Source of the DNA: Acidobacteriota bacterium
Lineage (GTDB): Bacteria > Acidobacteriota > Blastocatellia > Pyrinomonadales > Pyrinomonadaceae
Length of the DNA: 64,000 nucleotides
Direction of reading: 5' to 3'
Assembly (NCBI GenBank): GCA_019639175.1
Contig: JAHBSK010000006.1
Coordinates: 124,709-188,708 of the forward strand
Shown here: positions 47,641 to 58,041 of the stretch, one piece after another
Layout: each line of letters opens with the position of its first letter
Position numbering within the stretch: the stretch's first letter is position 1
The notes under the pieces: generated by a model
Databases searched by the model: none
What the model saw: only the letters and a program-made list of their open reading frames with translations
What the model was told of the DNA's origin: nothing
Position numbers and translations under genes: made by a program

Positions 47641-49203
47641 TCAGGCATTTCTTCTTCCAAACTTCATCCTGGAAAATACATCTAGTAACCAATCTTTATC
47701 TTCATTGGAAACTACACCAAATCTGAAGATAAAGAAAATGTACAATACGGCAAAAATTGCAAAAACGGAGCTGAGGATCAATAATCCAGCGGCCTCATCA
47801 AGAATATTCACGCCCGGTTCAGGGATTATCGATCTAACAACCTGATCAGCGACGGATCGTAAGGGAGTTTTTAGAAAAGCATAGGCAATGAATGCTGCAA
47901 TTCCGGCCAGCATGCTTATCACGGCAGTTTTACCGACACTGGAAAACAATCTGAAATCTGTAAATTCCATACCAACTTTTCTAAAAACAACTACCGCCAG
48001 TACCAAAGATTCCATGGTGGTAAATAACACAACCGTCAATATTACCATCCGTAGATCATTTGTCCCGACCGCAAAATAAAGAGCCGCAATCAGTATAGGA
48101 ATAGAAGCAATTCGCAGTTTTAAAAGAAAGTTGCCCATATCAGTATGTGCCCTGACAATAGGGTCCTTTACCAATACACTTAGCGGGATCAATAACAGAA
48201 ATATTCGGAATATTGGGGTACTTTCGGTAAATTCACGTGTAAAAAGTACGACTATAAATGTTTCCGCAGTAATAAATAAAAAAACAAAGACAGGAAGGTA
48301 TATTGTTGAAAGCTTTGTTGCGGCCACGGCAGTAAGGCGGATCATCTCTTTTTGATTGTTAGTATTCTGCAATTCACTCATCCGCGGTATCATCACTGAG
48401 GTGACTGATTCATGGAGCATAGAGATCAGAGGTATTTGAGAACAGCCTACGATATATATAGCATATTCAGAGGTGCTGAAATTGTTTCCGACAAAGTATA
48501 GGTGAGCATCCGTCTGCACGATCCAGAAAAGCCCCGCAAACCCGAATGGAAGGGCGTAGGCCATGTGTTCTCGAAAAAAAGAGAGATCGAATTTCATCCA
48601 GAATTGAGGAAATCTGTTGTTCAGATAAACCAACAGTATGATCGACTGTAAAAGACCTTGAATAATAGCTGCAATGATAATTGCTCTGACCGTGCCAAAA
48701 AATGACACTCCTGTTATCAGCAAAATCGTTTTACTTACTTGTGCAAAGACTATAAAAGCTAAGGCGAGTATAGGTTCCTTATTTGCAACCGCTGCTGTTT
48801 CAAGAAACAGGGAGAATATCCAGACCCAGATCAGCAGCCCTATCAGTGGCGACAATACCGCCATTTCCGATTCACTGAAAAGCCTGCCAAGTATTTCAGG
48901 AAATGCGACCAGCGTAAGGCAGGCAATGCCACCCATCACGAAATAAAAAATGAGTATATTGAATACCGCAGATGCACGCCATTTTTCGTTCCGTGAAAGA
49001 TAGTAGAAGGCGCTCATGCCTAATCCTAGCGGCAATATTCCTACGGCGGTATTAACTACTGTGAAAGCCTGTCTGTACACACCAAAATCATCTTGAGCCA
49101 ATTGCCGCACAAGAACCAGTGGCAAGACAAAAGAGACAGCAAACCCTATAACTTTTGCGGTCAAAAGCCAAGCCGATTGTTTTGTCAGGGAAGGCTCAAG
49201 CAT
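47641..49203 (-). CDS. Wzx-like oligosaccharide flippase (MOP/polysaccharide biosynthesis protein family)
   Basis: The track ORF starts at TTG 49227, but I prefer ATG 49203 with AGGAAA 6 nt upstream. About 12-14 hydrophobic helices along the whole length. Low-GC gene, as is usual for wzx. Confidence 0.8.
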   Translation of the reverse strand: MLEPSLTKQSAWLLTAKVIGFAVSFVLPLVLVRQLAQDDFGVYRQAFTVVNTAVGILPLGLGMSAFYYLSRNEKWRASAVFNILIFYFVMGGIACLTLVAFPEILGRLFSESEMAVLSPLIGLLIWVWIFSLFLETAAVANKEPILALAFIVFAQVSKTILLITGVSFFGTVRAIIIAAIIQGLLQSIILLVYLNNRFPQFWMKFDLSFFREHMAYALPFGFAGLFWIVQTDAHLYFVGNNFSTSEYAIYIVGCSQIPLISMLHESVTSVMIPRMSELQNTNNQKEMIRLTAVAATKLSTIYLPVFVFLFITAETFIVVLFTREFTESTPIFRIFLLLIPLSVLVKDPIVRAHTDMGNFLLKLRIASIPILIAALYFAVGTNDLRMVILTVVLFTTMESLVLAVVVFRKVGMEFTDFRLFSSVGKTAVISMLAGIAAFIAYAFLKTPLRSVADQVVRSIIPEPGVNILDEAAGLLILSSVFAIFAVLYIFFIFRFGVVSNEDKDWLLDVFSRMKFGRRNA

Positions 49204-49250
49204 AAAGTTTTCCTGATTAGAGAGCAATGAATATTTTTACATTATTAGAT

Positions 49251-50747
49251 TTAAAGTGAAAAAAATATAGGCTGAGTAAAAGTGAAAATAAATAGGGCTT
49301 TTAATCTCTCGAGTTGAAGTAGGTATATTATCTCATCACTAAAATCAGATACTTTATAGTTGCCGTCAACAATACTGCGAATGCACCGAGCCAATATTGG
49401 ACTGCGTCTCAAGATTTTTCTTTTTTGTTTGGAAAAACAATATCGAAGTATGTCTTTGCTAAGCCTATTAAGCCTATGATTATCATATTTTGGCAGGGCT
49501 TTAGGGCTCTCATAAGGGATATGATCGTACTCCGGAAAGGCAAATCTGATCGTGTCTGTGTGCAACTTGCCGGTCATTCGCAAATCTGCAGGTAAATATG
49601 AAAGAAAATCAAATAACCTAGTTTCAAGATATGGGGTTATTACATTTATCGAATGTCCCAATAATAAAAAAGGGGATGGAGCGATAGTGCGCCGGGTTCT
49701 ATTCCAGAATTCAAATGAAGTTACAGGATCGGCTTGATCTGCATGCTTTGAAAGCTCTTTGCTAAGGTGTTGGACAGCACGTTCCCAAGCGACCAATTCA
49801 ACAATCTCACTGGTGAGTATTTTAGGACTGTAAGTATGTCGTGAAAGGATTGTTTCAGCGAGATCACTGAATTTGTGACTACGAAATAGATCAAGTTCAT
49901 GGTGACCATAAAGTAATCTCGCGGAAAGTACGTCCCCGGCAATGCCATCATATGCATTTACTGTTTTCCGTTTTAAACACTCCGCCATTGCCACGAACCA
50001 TCCATGCTCAGTTGAGCAGAATCCGAGCTTATGATTTTTGCTGATCTCAGTTTCCAACTGTTCAGGTGGCTGCTCGACCACGTTATGGCTAATAGACAGT
50101 TCTTCACAGATCAATTTTGCAATCCTGACATCTTCGTTAGAGTGAGGCGAGGGATACATTGCGGTAGTACATCGGTCAGGCCTGTTTCCGGCACGACAAA
50201 GAGCGAATAATATATGCCTTGAGTCCCGACCTCCGCTTAGCATAACTGTCGAAGAGCCACTACTGTGCATAGTTTTTTCCACTGCCTTTTGAAACAGCTC
50301 TGCATAGGTGGCTATAACATCCTCTCTGGGCATTGAGATAGGTGTTTGTGTTTTAATTATTCCGGTAGATACAACATTGATGCCTGAGCTATTCCAGGTT
50401 AGGCGGCTTCCAGGTGGAACAGCACGGATCGCTTTGAAGATAGTATCCTCGCCGATCAGCCAGTGAAGTCTCAGAAAAACTGCAAGGGCATCGTAGTCAA
50501 ACTCTATATCAGGCAAGAACTCCAGCAGTTTGCTGATTGATGGCGAAATGGCAAACTCGGATCCGTTGTGGAAATAATAGATAGGGTATATGCCATAGCG
50601 GTCATTTGTAAGAACTAACTCCTTTCCATCCCACTCCCACTCAACAAAGGCATTACATGCCTTATTGCCAAGTGACACTTTCTGGTCCCCTTTAACTATT
50701 ACATTCTCGTTGTGATCTGATAGTGCTGCATAAAAGTATTCTTTCAT
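49251..50747 (-). CDS. asparagine-synthase-like PP-loop protein lacking the N-terminal Cys nucleophile
   Basis: 498 aa. It starts MKEYFYAAL (no Cys2) but retains an AsnB-like N-domain remnant (NDRYGIYPIYYFHNGSEFAISPSISKLL) and the PP-loop MLSGGRDSRHI. Confidence 0.75.
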   Translation of the reverse strand: MKEYFYAALSDHNENVIVKGDQKVSLGNKACNAFVEWEWDGKELVLTNDRYGIYPIYYFHNGSEFAISPSISKLLEFLPDIEFDYDALAVFLRLHWLIGEDTIFKAIRAVPPGSRLTWNSSGINVVSTGIIKTQTPISMPREDVIATYAELFQKAVEKTMHSSGSSTVMLSGGRDSRHILFALCRAGNRPDRCTTAMYPSPHSNEDVRIAKLICEELSISHNVVEQPPEQLETEISKNHKLGFCSTEHGWFVAMAECLKRKTVNAYDGIAGDVLSARLLYGHHELDLFRSHKFSDLAETILSRHTYSPKILTSEIVELVAWERAVQHLSKELSKHADQADPVTSFEFWNRTRRTIAPSPFLLLGHSINVITPYLETRLFDFLSYLPADLRMTGKLHTDTIRFAFPEYDHIPYESPKALPKYDNHRLNRLSKDILRYCFSKQKRKILRRSPILARCIRSIVDGNYKVSDFSDEIIYLLQLERLKALFIFTFTQPIFFSL

Positions 50748-50831
50748 ATAGTTTTGCGATGGTTGCTAAATCCTCCCTAAAGTTCTCCTATGTTTTTCTA
50801 CCTAACCTTACTTGAGCCACCTCACACAGCG

Positions 50832-52097
50832 TTATATTGTCTTGTGTCTGTATAGTTCATGTAGAAACGAATCAAAATTCTGAGCAACATTCTTTTTCGA
50901 ATATTCGTCGCGAATTTCTGCTTTTATCCATGTGGTGCTAGTTGGAGACATTCGTCGAGAACTAAGATAATTAATAAAACTTTCAAGTTCTTCTGCCCCA
51001 TCATCCTCTTGGCCTGGCTCAACAATAAAACCGCCAATTTTTCTAATTAGACCTGCTGCTGCTCCTTTAGGAGTGAAACCAATTATAGGGTTATCAGCTC
51101 CAATATACTCAATAAGCTTTGACGGCAGAAAAACGCTTAAGCTATCCGGCGCATCAATAAGCAACAGGCCGTCCGAGTTCACCATCAATGCCAAATTTTC
51201 ACTGTAGTCAACTGATGGAAATAAGGATATCAATCCGGCAGGCATTGTTTCAGTTAGCGTCTTATCTATAGTGCCAGTGTCGCAGTCACCAATAAACTCA
51301 AATTTAACATTATCTAATACGGAGCTTTTCTTCACAAGTAAGCGTTGAATGGCTTTAAGTAGCGGCATTGCCGTTCGATTGCCGTATAGCGACCCCATAT
51401 GGCGTATAGTTATTTTGGAATCAATCTCAAGACTTTTAGGCGGGTATAGATCGTCATCAAAGCTATGTGGGAGTATTCGAGATTTGAATTTATCCGTTTC
51501 AGGGTATTTTTGAAAAACCAGATCAGATGTTTCTTGCGAAGTCATAACAATCATATCAGCAGATTTGATTACTTGCTCTTCCAATTTAATATTTTCTTTG
51601 TCAAGATAGTTATCTTTTTTCCGAAAAGGGTTGTCTGCCCACGGATCGCTAAAATGTGCTATCCATGGCAAACCATACAATCGTTTTATTTCAAGCCCGA
51701 TAAGATGGTCGGTAAAGGGATGCCCGAAAGTAACTAAAATGTCAGGATTCAGAGCATTGGACTTGATCGATCTGCTAATTAGGTCAACAACAGGTTTTTT
51801 CCATGAGATGAATTCGTCGGGTACCCTGTTTCGTCTGTTCCACTGATGTCGCCAAAATCGATAGTAAATCTTATCTGTTAGCCCACGAATAATTGATTTA
51901 GTAAAAGGGACTCGAATGCAGCCTGCTAGTTTTTCCTCAGTTTTTGAATAAACAAGATCATTCTTATCGGGACTTGTGCCGTCCGAGCATATGATACATA
52001 CTTCGTGCTCTGATTCAGAAAGAAGTCGTGACACTTGAATGGCTCTAGGTTCCCTGGATGGGGGGAATGCATACGAAATTGCTAAAATCTTCATCAT
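50832..52097 (-). CDS. glycosyltransferase (GT-B fold, GT4-like)
   Basis: 421 aa. MMKILAISYAFPPSREPRAIQVSRLL N-terminus and a C-terminal SKLIEYIGADNPIIGFTPKGAAAGLIRKIGGFIVEP segment. Confidence 0.7.
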   Translation of the reverse strand: MMKILAISYAFPPSREPRAIQVSRLLSESEHEVCIICSDGTSPDKNDLVYSKTEEKLAGCIRVPFTKSIIRGLTDKIYYRFWRHQWNRRNRVPDEFISWKKPVVDLISRSIKSNALNPDILVTFGHPFTDHLIGLEIKRLYGLPWIAHFSDPWADNPFRKKDNYLDKENIKLEEQVIKSADMIVMTSQETSDLVFQKYPETDKFKSRILPHSFDDDLYPPKSLEIDSKITIRHMGSLYGNRTAMPLLKAIQRLLVKKSSVLDNVKFEFIGDCDTGTIDKTLTETMPAGLISLFPSVDYSENLALMVNSDGLLLIDAPDSLSVFLPSKLIEYIGADNPIIGFTPKGAAAGLIRKIGGFIVEPGQEDDGAEELESFINYLSSRRMSPTSTTWIKAEIRDEYSKKNVAQNFDSFLHELYRHKTI

Positions 52098-52140
52098 TTA
52101 TTACAAGATGTATATTAAGTGGTTAACAGCATCATCATTG

Positions 52141-53349
52141 TCAAGCCTTTGGACGCATGGGGTCCCAGTATGCATAACGCTCACCTCTTAGAAATTTATA
52201 AAAGCCAAAAACAGACGCCAGATTTGTTAGGAGAAAATAATATGGAATTGAAAAAATGTTTGACCTTACCCTCCTAATTTCCATAAGCCCCCCTATTACA
52301 GCAGTTAGATAAAGTCCTATCTGCAAGAGAAGAAATACCAGAAATAAATGGGAATGTAGAGCTAGCCAAGCAGTACTTAGAAGTAAACATGTCAAAAATA
52401 ATGGAATGAAATAGCGTAAGAGTTTATGGGAAATCAGCTCAATGGCAAAAAATCCGCTTTTTCCTGGATTCATCATATCACGGTTTCGCCATAAGTCTGT
52501 GAAGGTTTGGGCTATGACGCGTGTACGCATTGCAAATTCTTTTTTCCCTTCGAAATTGGCCTCTTCAAAGCAGACAGCTTCCGGTTCGTAAATTGTACGT
52601 AAACCTTGGCGATAAAGTAATGTGGCAATAAGAAAATCTGAACAGGCTTCAGGGTACATTGGTACATAGGCAGACTTTCTTACAGCGTAGAGACAGCCTG
52701 AAGTGCCTATTAGCGAGCATACGCGGCTTTCCTGCTCTTTTAAAAATGTTTCGTAGCTCCAATACGTAACAGATCCGATCCCAACCGAGGATTCCTTAGA
52801 TGTGCGGTAAAGCAATCTCCCGGTAACACAACCTATAGATTTATCTGCAAAATTCTGCAATATCATTTTTAATACATTAGGTTGGTATATTGTAGTGGCA
52901 TCAGAGAACAAGATAATCTCTCCTGACGCTGCATCAACAGCAAGGTTCTGTGCCGATGTTTTGCCTAGTCGTGGCTCCTGCCTGATGAGCCTGATGTTGC
53001 GGTCAGAAAACCTCATGACTACCTCATCAGTTCTGTCCGTAGAACAATCTGATACCACCATGATCTCTAGCTTTTCTGATGGGTAGTCTATCTCAAGCGT
53101 ATTTTCCAGCTTGTGGTGTATGTCCCGCTCTTCGTTTCGGGCAGTGATTATAATAGAAATAGTGGGACGATACTCCGCTCGCTTCCATTGTTTCGGCCGA
53201 ACAAGCCCTATAAGAAACATTAGAGAAGGATATCCGATATAACCATAAAATATTACGGCAACGCAGATCCAGAATATTATTAAAGCAAAAGTCATTTGTG
53301 AAACTAGGATATTATTTACATGCATAAACGCTCTGCGTATGCGGATCAT
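52141..53349 (-). CDS. membrane-anchored family-2 glycosyltransferase
   Basis: 402 aa. N-terminal TM, ISIIITARNEERDI, MVVSDCSTDRTDE and LFSDATT (DxD-like) motifs, with C-terminal TM helices. Confidence 0.85.
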   Translation of the reverse strand: MIRIRRAFMHVNNILVSQMTFALIIFWICVAVIFYGYIGYPSLMFLIGLVRPKQWKRAEYRPTISIIITARNEERDIHHKLENTLEIDYPSEKLEIMVVSDCSTDRTDEVVMRFSDRNIRLIRQEPRLGKTSAQNLAVDAASGEIILFSDATTIYQPNVLKMILQNFADKSIGCVTGRLLYRTSKESSVGIGSVTYWSYETFLKEQESRVCSLIGTSGCLYAVRKSAYVPMYPEACSDFLIATLLYRQGLRTIYEPEAVCFEEANFEGKKEFAMRTRVIAQTFTDLWRNRDMMNPGKSGFFAIELISHKLLRYFIPLFLTCLLLSTAWLALHSHLFLVFLLLQIGLYLTAVIGGLMEIRRVRSNIFSIPYYFLLTNLASVFGFYKFLRGERYAYWDPMRPKA

Positions 53350-53383
53350 TGGCAGAATTTAACTCTTTGTTGGTCGATACAAA

Positions 53384-54706
53384 TCAAGGTTGACTTCTTT
53401 CATAGACTAATCTAAAGCCAATGGCGAAAGCTATCGGATAATAAACATACCACTGATAAGCAACAGATGCGAAAAAGCTTGAGACCATATAACCAATGAT
53501 TCCGATCTGTGTTCCAATGATCAATAAATATATGGAGCTATTTTCTCCTGATATGTTCATTTCGGTTTCTATCTTGGATAGAAACCGCAACGGGACAATT
53601 AGAAAGATCAGATAGGCTCCGAATGACAACCACCCAAGTTCGGAGGATACCTGGGTATAGGCATTATGCGTCACGAGATTCCTGACGCCGAATGTCGTTG
53701 AATTGCCTAAACCGACTCCAAGCGGATTTCTAAGTGTAACAATTATAGACCTCTTCAACAGCTCTTCTCGTTCGCTTGAAGAACCAGTAGAATCCAAAGA
53801 CGGATTAAAAATTGACCGAAACCTTGTTCCATATTCCCCAGGAGCAAGCATGATGAAGCAAATTGCAAGGATTGAGGAGATCAGCATTAACCTGATACGA
53901 TGTCCACGGCCAAATTTCCAAATAATCGCTACGGCCACGGCAATAAGGCCAAGAAATCCACCTCTCGATTGCGTTAAAATTATTGCATAGGTCATCAATG
54001 CAACGACCGTATAACATAAATATTTTATAGTTCTCTTATGCGAATTCAAGCCCAATGCAATAGCTATTGGAATAAATATTACCAGGTGAATGGCCATGTC
54101 ATTCGGGTTGCCGAACATACCACCCACATCAACACTTACTCTATTCCCCAGCGTATTAAACACGCCTCTTTGGTTAAGGTCGTAAGATTGGTAACTCAAA
54201 TAAACTCCAATGGCTACGCCAAGCCACATCATTGTTTTTATCCTAGCCTCTGTAAAGAGGACATTGGCCATGATTATAAAGATCAATGATGTCTTTATAA
54301 GTTCATTGATAAATACTTCCCAGGAGCGGCCAATATCTCTTGACAGGGGCATAAGCAGGAGTGCATAGGTAGTAATAAACAAGATACATTTTATTTCCGG
54401 GGTTAAGATCGTAATAGACCTTCCAGCTGACAACTGTGTGACGATGTAGGAGATAATGGCAAATAGAGCGGGCCAATAAGCCATTGAAGGGACATCTGCC
54501 AAAAAGGTAAACAGCTCGTAGGGCCTAAAATAGAGCATTACCGTGAATATGAATATTCCGATAAAGGTCACCTTATGGAGAGGGGCATTTGTTTTTTTGT
54601 TAGAGTCGTGTGTTGACAGTTCCGATGAACTTTTCGGATTGAATGAACTGCTGGTTGAAGTGAGAATTTTCTGCACGGTGGATTTCCAAGTATTGAAAAA
54701 TGGCAA
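53384..54706 (-). CDS. O-antigen ligase/Wzy-like polymerase family membrane protein
   Basis: 440 aa with about 10-12 helices. The central loop LTQSRGGFLGLIAVAVAII is typical of the Wzy_C/O-antigen-ligase domain. Confidence 0.8.
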   Translation of the reverse strand: MPFFNTWKSTVQKILTSTSSSFNPKSSSELSTHDSNKKTNAPLHKVTFIGIFIFTVMLYFRPYELFTFLADVPSMAYWPALFAIISYIVTQLSAGRSITILTPEIKCILFITTYALLLMPLSRDIGRSWEVFINELIKTSLIFIIMANVLFTEARIKTMMWLGVAIGVYLSYQSYDLNQRGVFNTLGNRVSVDVGGMFGNPNDMAIHLVIFIPIAIALGLNSHKRTIKYLCYTVVALMTYAIILTQSRGGFLGLIAVAVAIIWKFGRGHRIRLMLISSILAICFIMLAPGEYGTRFRSIFNPSLDSTGSSSEREELLKRSIIVTLRNPLGVGLGNSTTFGVRNLVTHNAYTQVSSELGWLSFGAYLIFLIVPLRFLSKIETEMNISGENSSIYLLIIGTQIGIIGYMVSSFFASVAYQWYVYYPIAFAIGFRLVYERSQP

Positions 54707-54717
54707 ATATTACTTTG

Positions 54718-55734
54718 TTATTTTCTGAACTGCTTGATCAGGACAGTACCGCCGAAGCCGGCGGCGATGAGTTTATTTCCTGATCTGACGATGCGTTCGA
54801 GGCGGTGTTTGGTGCCTGAATCCATTTTGATCCATGTTTTGCCGCTGTCTTTTGTTTGAATTATCGTTCCGGCGTCGCCAACTGCAAAGCCGGCGGCATT
54901 ATCTCCGACAGCGTTATCAAGGAAGATGACATCAAGCAGGTCGGTTGTTACGCCGGAGGCCTCAGGGAACCAGGTATTGCCTCCGTTTTCGGTTATCAAT
55001 ATTTTGCCTTCGGCGCCGACTGCCCATCCTTTTTTGTCGTCTATGAAATAGACGGCATTCAGTTTACGCGGGGGTTCATTGTCGTGTGCCTTGACCTCCG
55101 TCCAGGTGATACCGCCGTTGTCGGTCCTTAAAATTGTACCGCGGCCTCCGACCAGGATGGCTTCCTTGTCATTCAGTATTTTGCCGTCGGTCAGCATTGT
55201 CTGAGTTGCGAGGGCGGTGCGTTTCCATGTGTCTTCGAGGCTGTTGGTGAACAACATCGTGCCGGTTTCACCGATGGCGTAGGCAACATTCGCAGTGGGG
55301 GAAAGCACCAGACGGAGCATTCGTTCGCGACCGGGTTCGATACTCACCTTTTCCCATGTTGAGCCGCCATTTTGCGTTCTCAGAATATATGTCGGAGATT
55401 CGATGCCCGGCCCAAATATACTCTGTTCGCAAAGCAGCCAGCCATTTTCACGGTCGGTAAAAACGACGTCTCTTATGTTGTCACGCGTCACTTTCTCTCG
55501 CTGCCACGTCTTGCCGCCATCAGTGGTTTTTAGAAAAGTGCCCGAACCGCCGGCGATCCATCCGTGATCAGCATCAACAAAGTGAACGGCTTTCAACCAC
55601 GCCAGAGTTCCGGCATCCACTCTTTCCCAGTCACCGGCTGCAATGGAAAGAGCAGTCATTCCCAAAACAGCAGACAACGCCAAGGCGTTTAACCAAGGCG
55701 TCGTGAGAAAACGTTTGGAATGTGGTCTTACCAT
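54718..55734 (-). CDS. secreted BNR/Ycf48-like beta-propeller protein
   Basis: 338 aa. Signal peptide, then repeated (T/S)xDGGxTW motifs: TTDGGKTWQ, TQNGGSTWE, TDNGGITWT, TENGGNTWF, TKDSGKTWI. Confidence 0.75.
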   Translation of the reverse strand: MVRPHSKRFLTTPWLNALALSAVLGMTALSIAAGDWERVDAGTLAWLKAVHFVDADHGWIAGGSGTFLKTTDGGKTWQREKVTRDNIRDVVFTDRENGWLLCEQSIFGPGIESPTYILRTQNGGSTWEKVSIEPGRERMLRLVLSPTANVAYAIGETGTMLFTNSLEDTWKRTALATQTMLTDGKILNDKEAILVGGRGTILRTDNGGITWTEVKAHDNEPPRKLNAVYFIDDKKGWAVGAEGKILITENGGNTWFPEASGVTTDLLDVIFLDNAVGDNAAGFAVGDAGTIIQTKDSGKTWIKMDSGTKHRLERIVRSGNKLIAAGFGGTVLIKQFRK

Positions 55735-55792
55735 CAGAAACTATACCAAGACACCGGCCTTCATGACCGGATGATCAACACAAAACACTCAC

Positions 55793-56566
55793 TTACAATG
55801 GATTACCGAACAGTATCCTCAGTGAACTCACTCGCCCGATGGTGTCAAGCACCTTCGTCAGGCTCCAGCCTTTTTCGGGGACTATGATCTGATCTCCGGG
55901 CAGTATGTAGGGAACTGCCGCTTTTCCCTTTACCAGCTCGTTGAAATCGATCACCGTCTGAGTAAATTCCCCGTTTGAAGCCAGCCGGATGAGCAGCACC
56001 CGTTTTTTGTCGCCTTCCTTTGCAATGCCACCGGCCTCGGCGACCGCTTCATAAATATTGTAGCGTCGATTCATCATCTTCACGCCAGGCGTGCCGACCA
56101 GTCCGAGTACGCTGAAACGTGCCGATCCGACCTTTTCAAGTGTGACAGTCACCTCAGGGTCGATTATATATTCATTCAAATGCCGCGCGATCATCTTTGC
56201 GACCTCATCTGTAGTTTTCCCACCTACAAAAACACCGCCGGGTATCTGAGGGTAAGATATTTTGGCTGTGGGCGGGATAATTACGTTGCTTCTGGAATAC
56301 TGCGGCAGTCCAAAGACCTCCACGGAAATGACATCTTCCGGCCCTAAATGGTATTCACTAAGATAGTTGTTGTAATAGGGAAGTATGGCCGCTTCCTCAT
56401 CGGACATTGTTGAATTTACAGGCGGTGTCGGTCGAGGGAAAACTGCTCCGGCGGCATTCAATTGCTCCTGTGAGTTATCGGCTGACTGACCGATAACCAT
56501 TGCTCCAAACACTGCTATTAGGATCAGCGCCGCAAAAACTCTCCAATATTGCCACTTATTATTCAT
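55793..56566 (-). CDS. polysaccharide export protein (Wza-like Poly_export + SLBB)
   Basis: The track ORF starts at 56602, but I prefer ATG 56566 with GAGGAGAA 7 nt upstream. Signal/anchor WRVFAALILIAVFGAMVIG, Poly_export motif YHLGPEDVISVEVFG, and an SLBB-like C-terminus (PGDQIIVPEK). Confidence 0.85.
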   Translation of the reverse strand: MNNKWQYWRVFAALILIAVFGAMVIGQSADNSQEQLNAAGAVFPRPTPPVNSTMSDEEAAILPYYNNYLSEYHLGPEDVISVEVFGLPQYSRSNVIIPPTAKISYPQIPGGVFVGGKTTDEVAKMIARHLNEYIIDPEVTVTLEKVGSARFSVLGLVGTPGVKMMNRRYNIYEAVAEAGGIAKEGDKKRVLLIRLASNGEFTQTVIDFNELVKGKAAVPYILPGDQIIVPEKGWSLTKVLDTIGRVSSLRILFGNPL

Positions 56567-56614
56567 ACTAATTCTCCTCGGCCTAAACTCGCCGGACGGC
56601 AACCTTTATGCCCG

Positions 56615-58003
56615 TTATCGTCCGCCTCTTCCAAACAGGACCGTCTTTACCGTTTCAAACACTATCACAATATCCAATGTCAGATTCTGGTTCTTTATGT
56701 AGTACAGGTCGTATTGAAGCTTCTGTTTTGCGTCCTCAACTGACGATCCGTACGGAAATTTTATCTGCGCCCATCCCGTTAAACCGGGTGCCACCAAATG
56801 ACGATACTCGTAGAACGGGATCTCCTCCGCCAATTTTGCAACAAAAAATGGCCTTTCGGGGCGAGGGCCGACAAAGCTCATCTCACCTTTCAGGATATTC
56901 CAGAATTGCGGTATCTCATCCAGCCTCGTCTTGCGTAAAAAACCGCCAACGAGGGTGGTTCTGTCATCTTCGGTCGATGCCCAGACAGGCCTGTCGTCCG
57001 ATTCGGCATCGGCACGCATTGACCTGAATTTTATAACCCGAAAGACCTTCCCGTTCTTTCCGACCCGTTCCTGCTTGTAAAATATCGGGCCGCGAGACGT
57101 AAATCTGACCAATAAGGCCACCAGTATCGCGATCGGGAACGAAACTATCAATCCTATCAGGGCAAGCCCTCTGTGCAGGCCTTCGCGGACAAGTGTCTTT
57201 ATCCGCGTATCACGCGGCCTGAATGAGAAGATGAGCCACGAAGGCAGCAGGTTGTCCAAATGGACGCGACCCGTGACCCGCTCAAAAAAACTGGAACTCT
57301 CCTCGATATTCACGTTGCCTGCCAGCCGCAGCCGCAAGAGCGGTTCGGCCGGAAAAGCTCCGCGGCGTTCCCTGACACCGATAACAATCCGGTCGATCTT
57401 CTCGTTCTGGACAACGTCTTCCAGCGCGGCCGTGACCCCAAAATTTCGCAAACTGCCGTTCGTGCCGGGTTTGTCCAGGCGTTCGTCCGTCATAAATCCA
57501 ACTATCCGATAACCGGCATCACGTCTGGATGAAACGGCCGAGGCGGCTTCGGTCACAACCGACCCGTTTCCGACAATAAGTATTTTCTCACCAAGTTCAG
57601 GGTGTCCCATCAGATAATGGATCGCGATCCTGAGACCCAGCATTGAAATGAGAATGATGACGACCGAATAAACCGCGGCCCCGCGGCCAACCAACAGGAA
57701 TGGAAAGAAATAGAATAGAACGGCCAGCAGCACCCACGTTATGCCAAGCGCCTGAACGAGCCGGAGAACGAGTTCGCGGCGGCTGTTTATCACAGCAAAA
57801 TCGTACAGGTCGTAAAGATAAAGGTTGACCAGACAGATCGCCGCCATAAGGAAGACCTTTAGCCAGCCGAAATTTTCAAATATCTGCTCAGCCGCCCCAT
57901 CAGTGCCGAGACGAAGCAGCAACCCGAGGTAAAAGCCACCCAGTATGATGACTATATCGGCCCAAATAAGGACCATCGTGCGTGTGCTCAATCGTCTGGT
58001 CAT
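56615..58003 (-). CDS. exopolysaccharide polyprenyl-phosphate glycosyl-1-phosphate transferase (WbaP/EpsB-type priming enzyme)
   Basis: 462 aa. N-terminal TM bundle and central Rossmann-like linker. C-terminal bacterial sugar transferase domain: [24 protein letters not shown]...[25 protein letters not shown]. Confidence 0.9.
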   Translation of the reverse strand: MTRRLSTRTMVLIWADIVIILGGFYLGLLLRLGTDGAAEQIFENFGWLKVFLMAAICLVNLYLYDLYDFAVINSRRELVLRLVQALGITWVLLAVLFYFFPFLLVGRGAAVYSVVIILISMLGLRIAIHYLMGHPELGEKILIVGNGSVVTEAASAVSSRRDAGYRIVGFMTDERLDKPGTNGSLRNFGVTAALEDVVQNEKIDRIVIGVRERRGAFPAEPLLRLRLAGNVNIEESSSFFERVTGRVHLDNLLPSWLIFSFRPRDTRIKTLVREGLHRGLALIGLIVSFPIAILVALLVRFTSRGPIFYKQERVGKNGKVFRVIKFRSMRADAESDDRPVWASTEDDRTTLVGGFLRKTRLDEIPQFWNILKGEMSFVGPRPERPFFVAKLAEEIPFYEYRHLVAPGLTGWAQIKFPYGSSVEDAKQKLQYDLYYIKNQNLTLDIVIVFETVKTVLFGRGGR

Positions 58004-58041
58004 CGCGCTCTATCAGTACATCCAACAACTTCGGGCCACGC

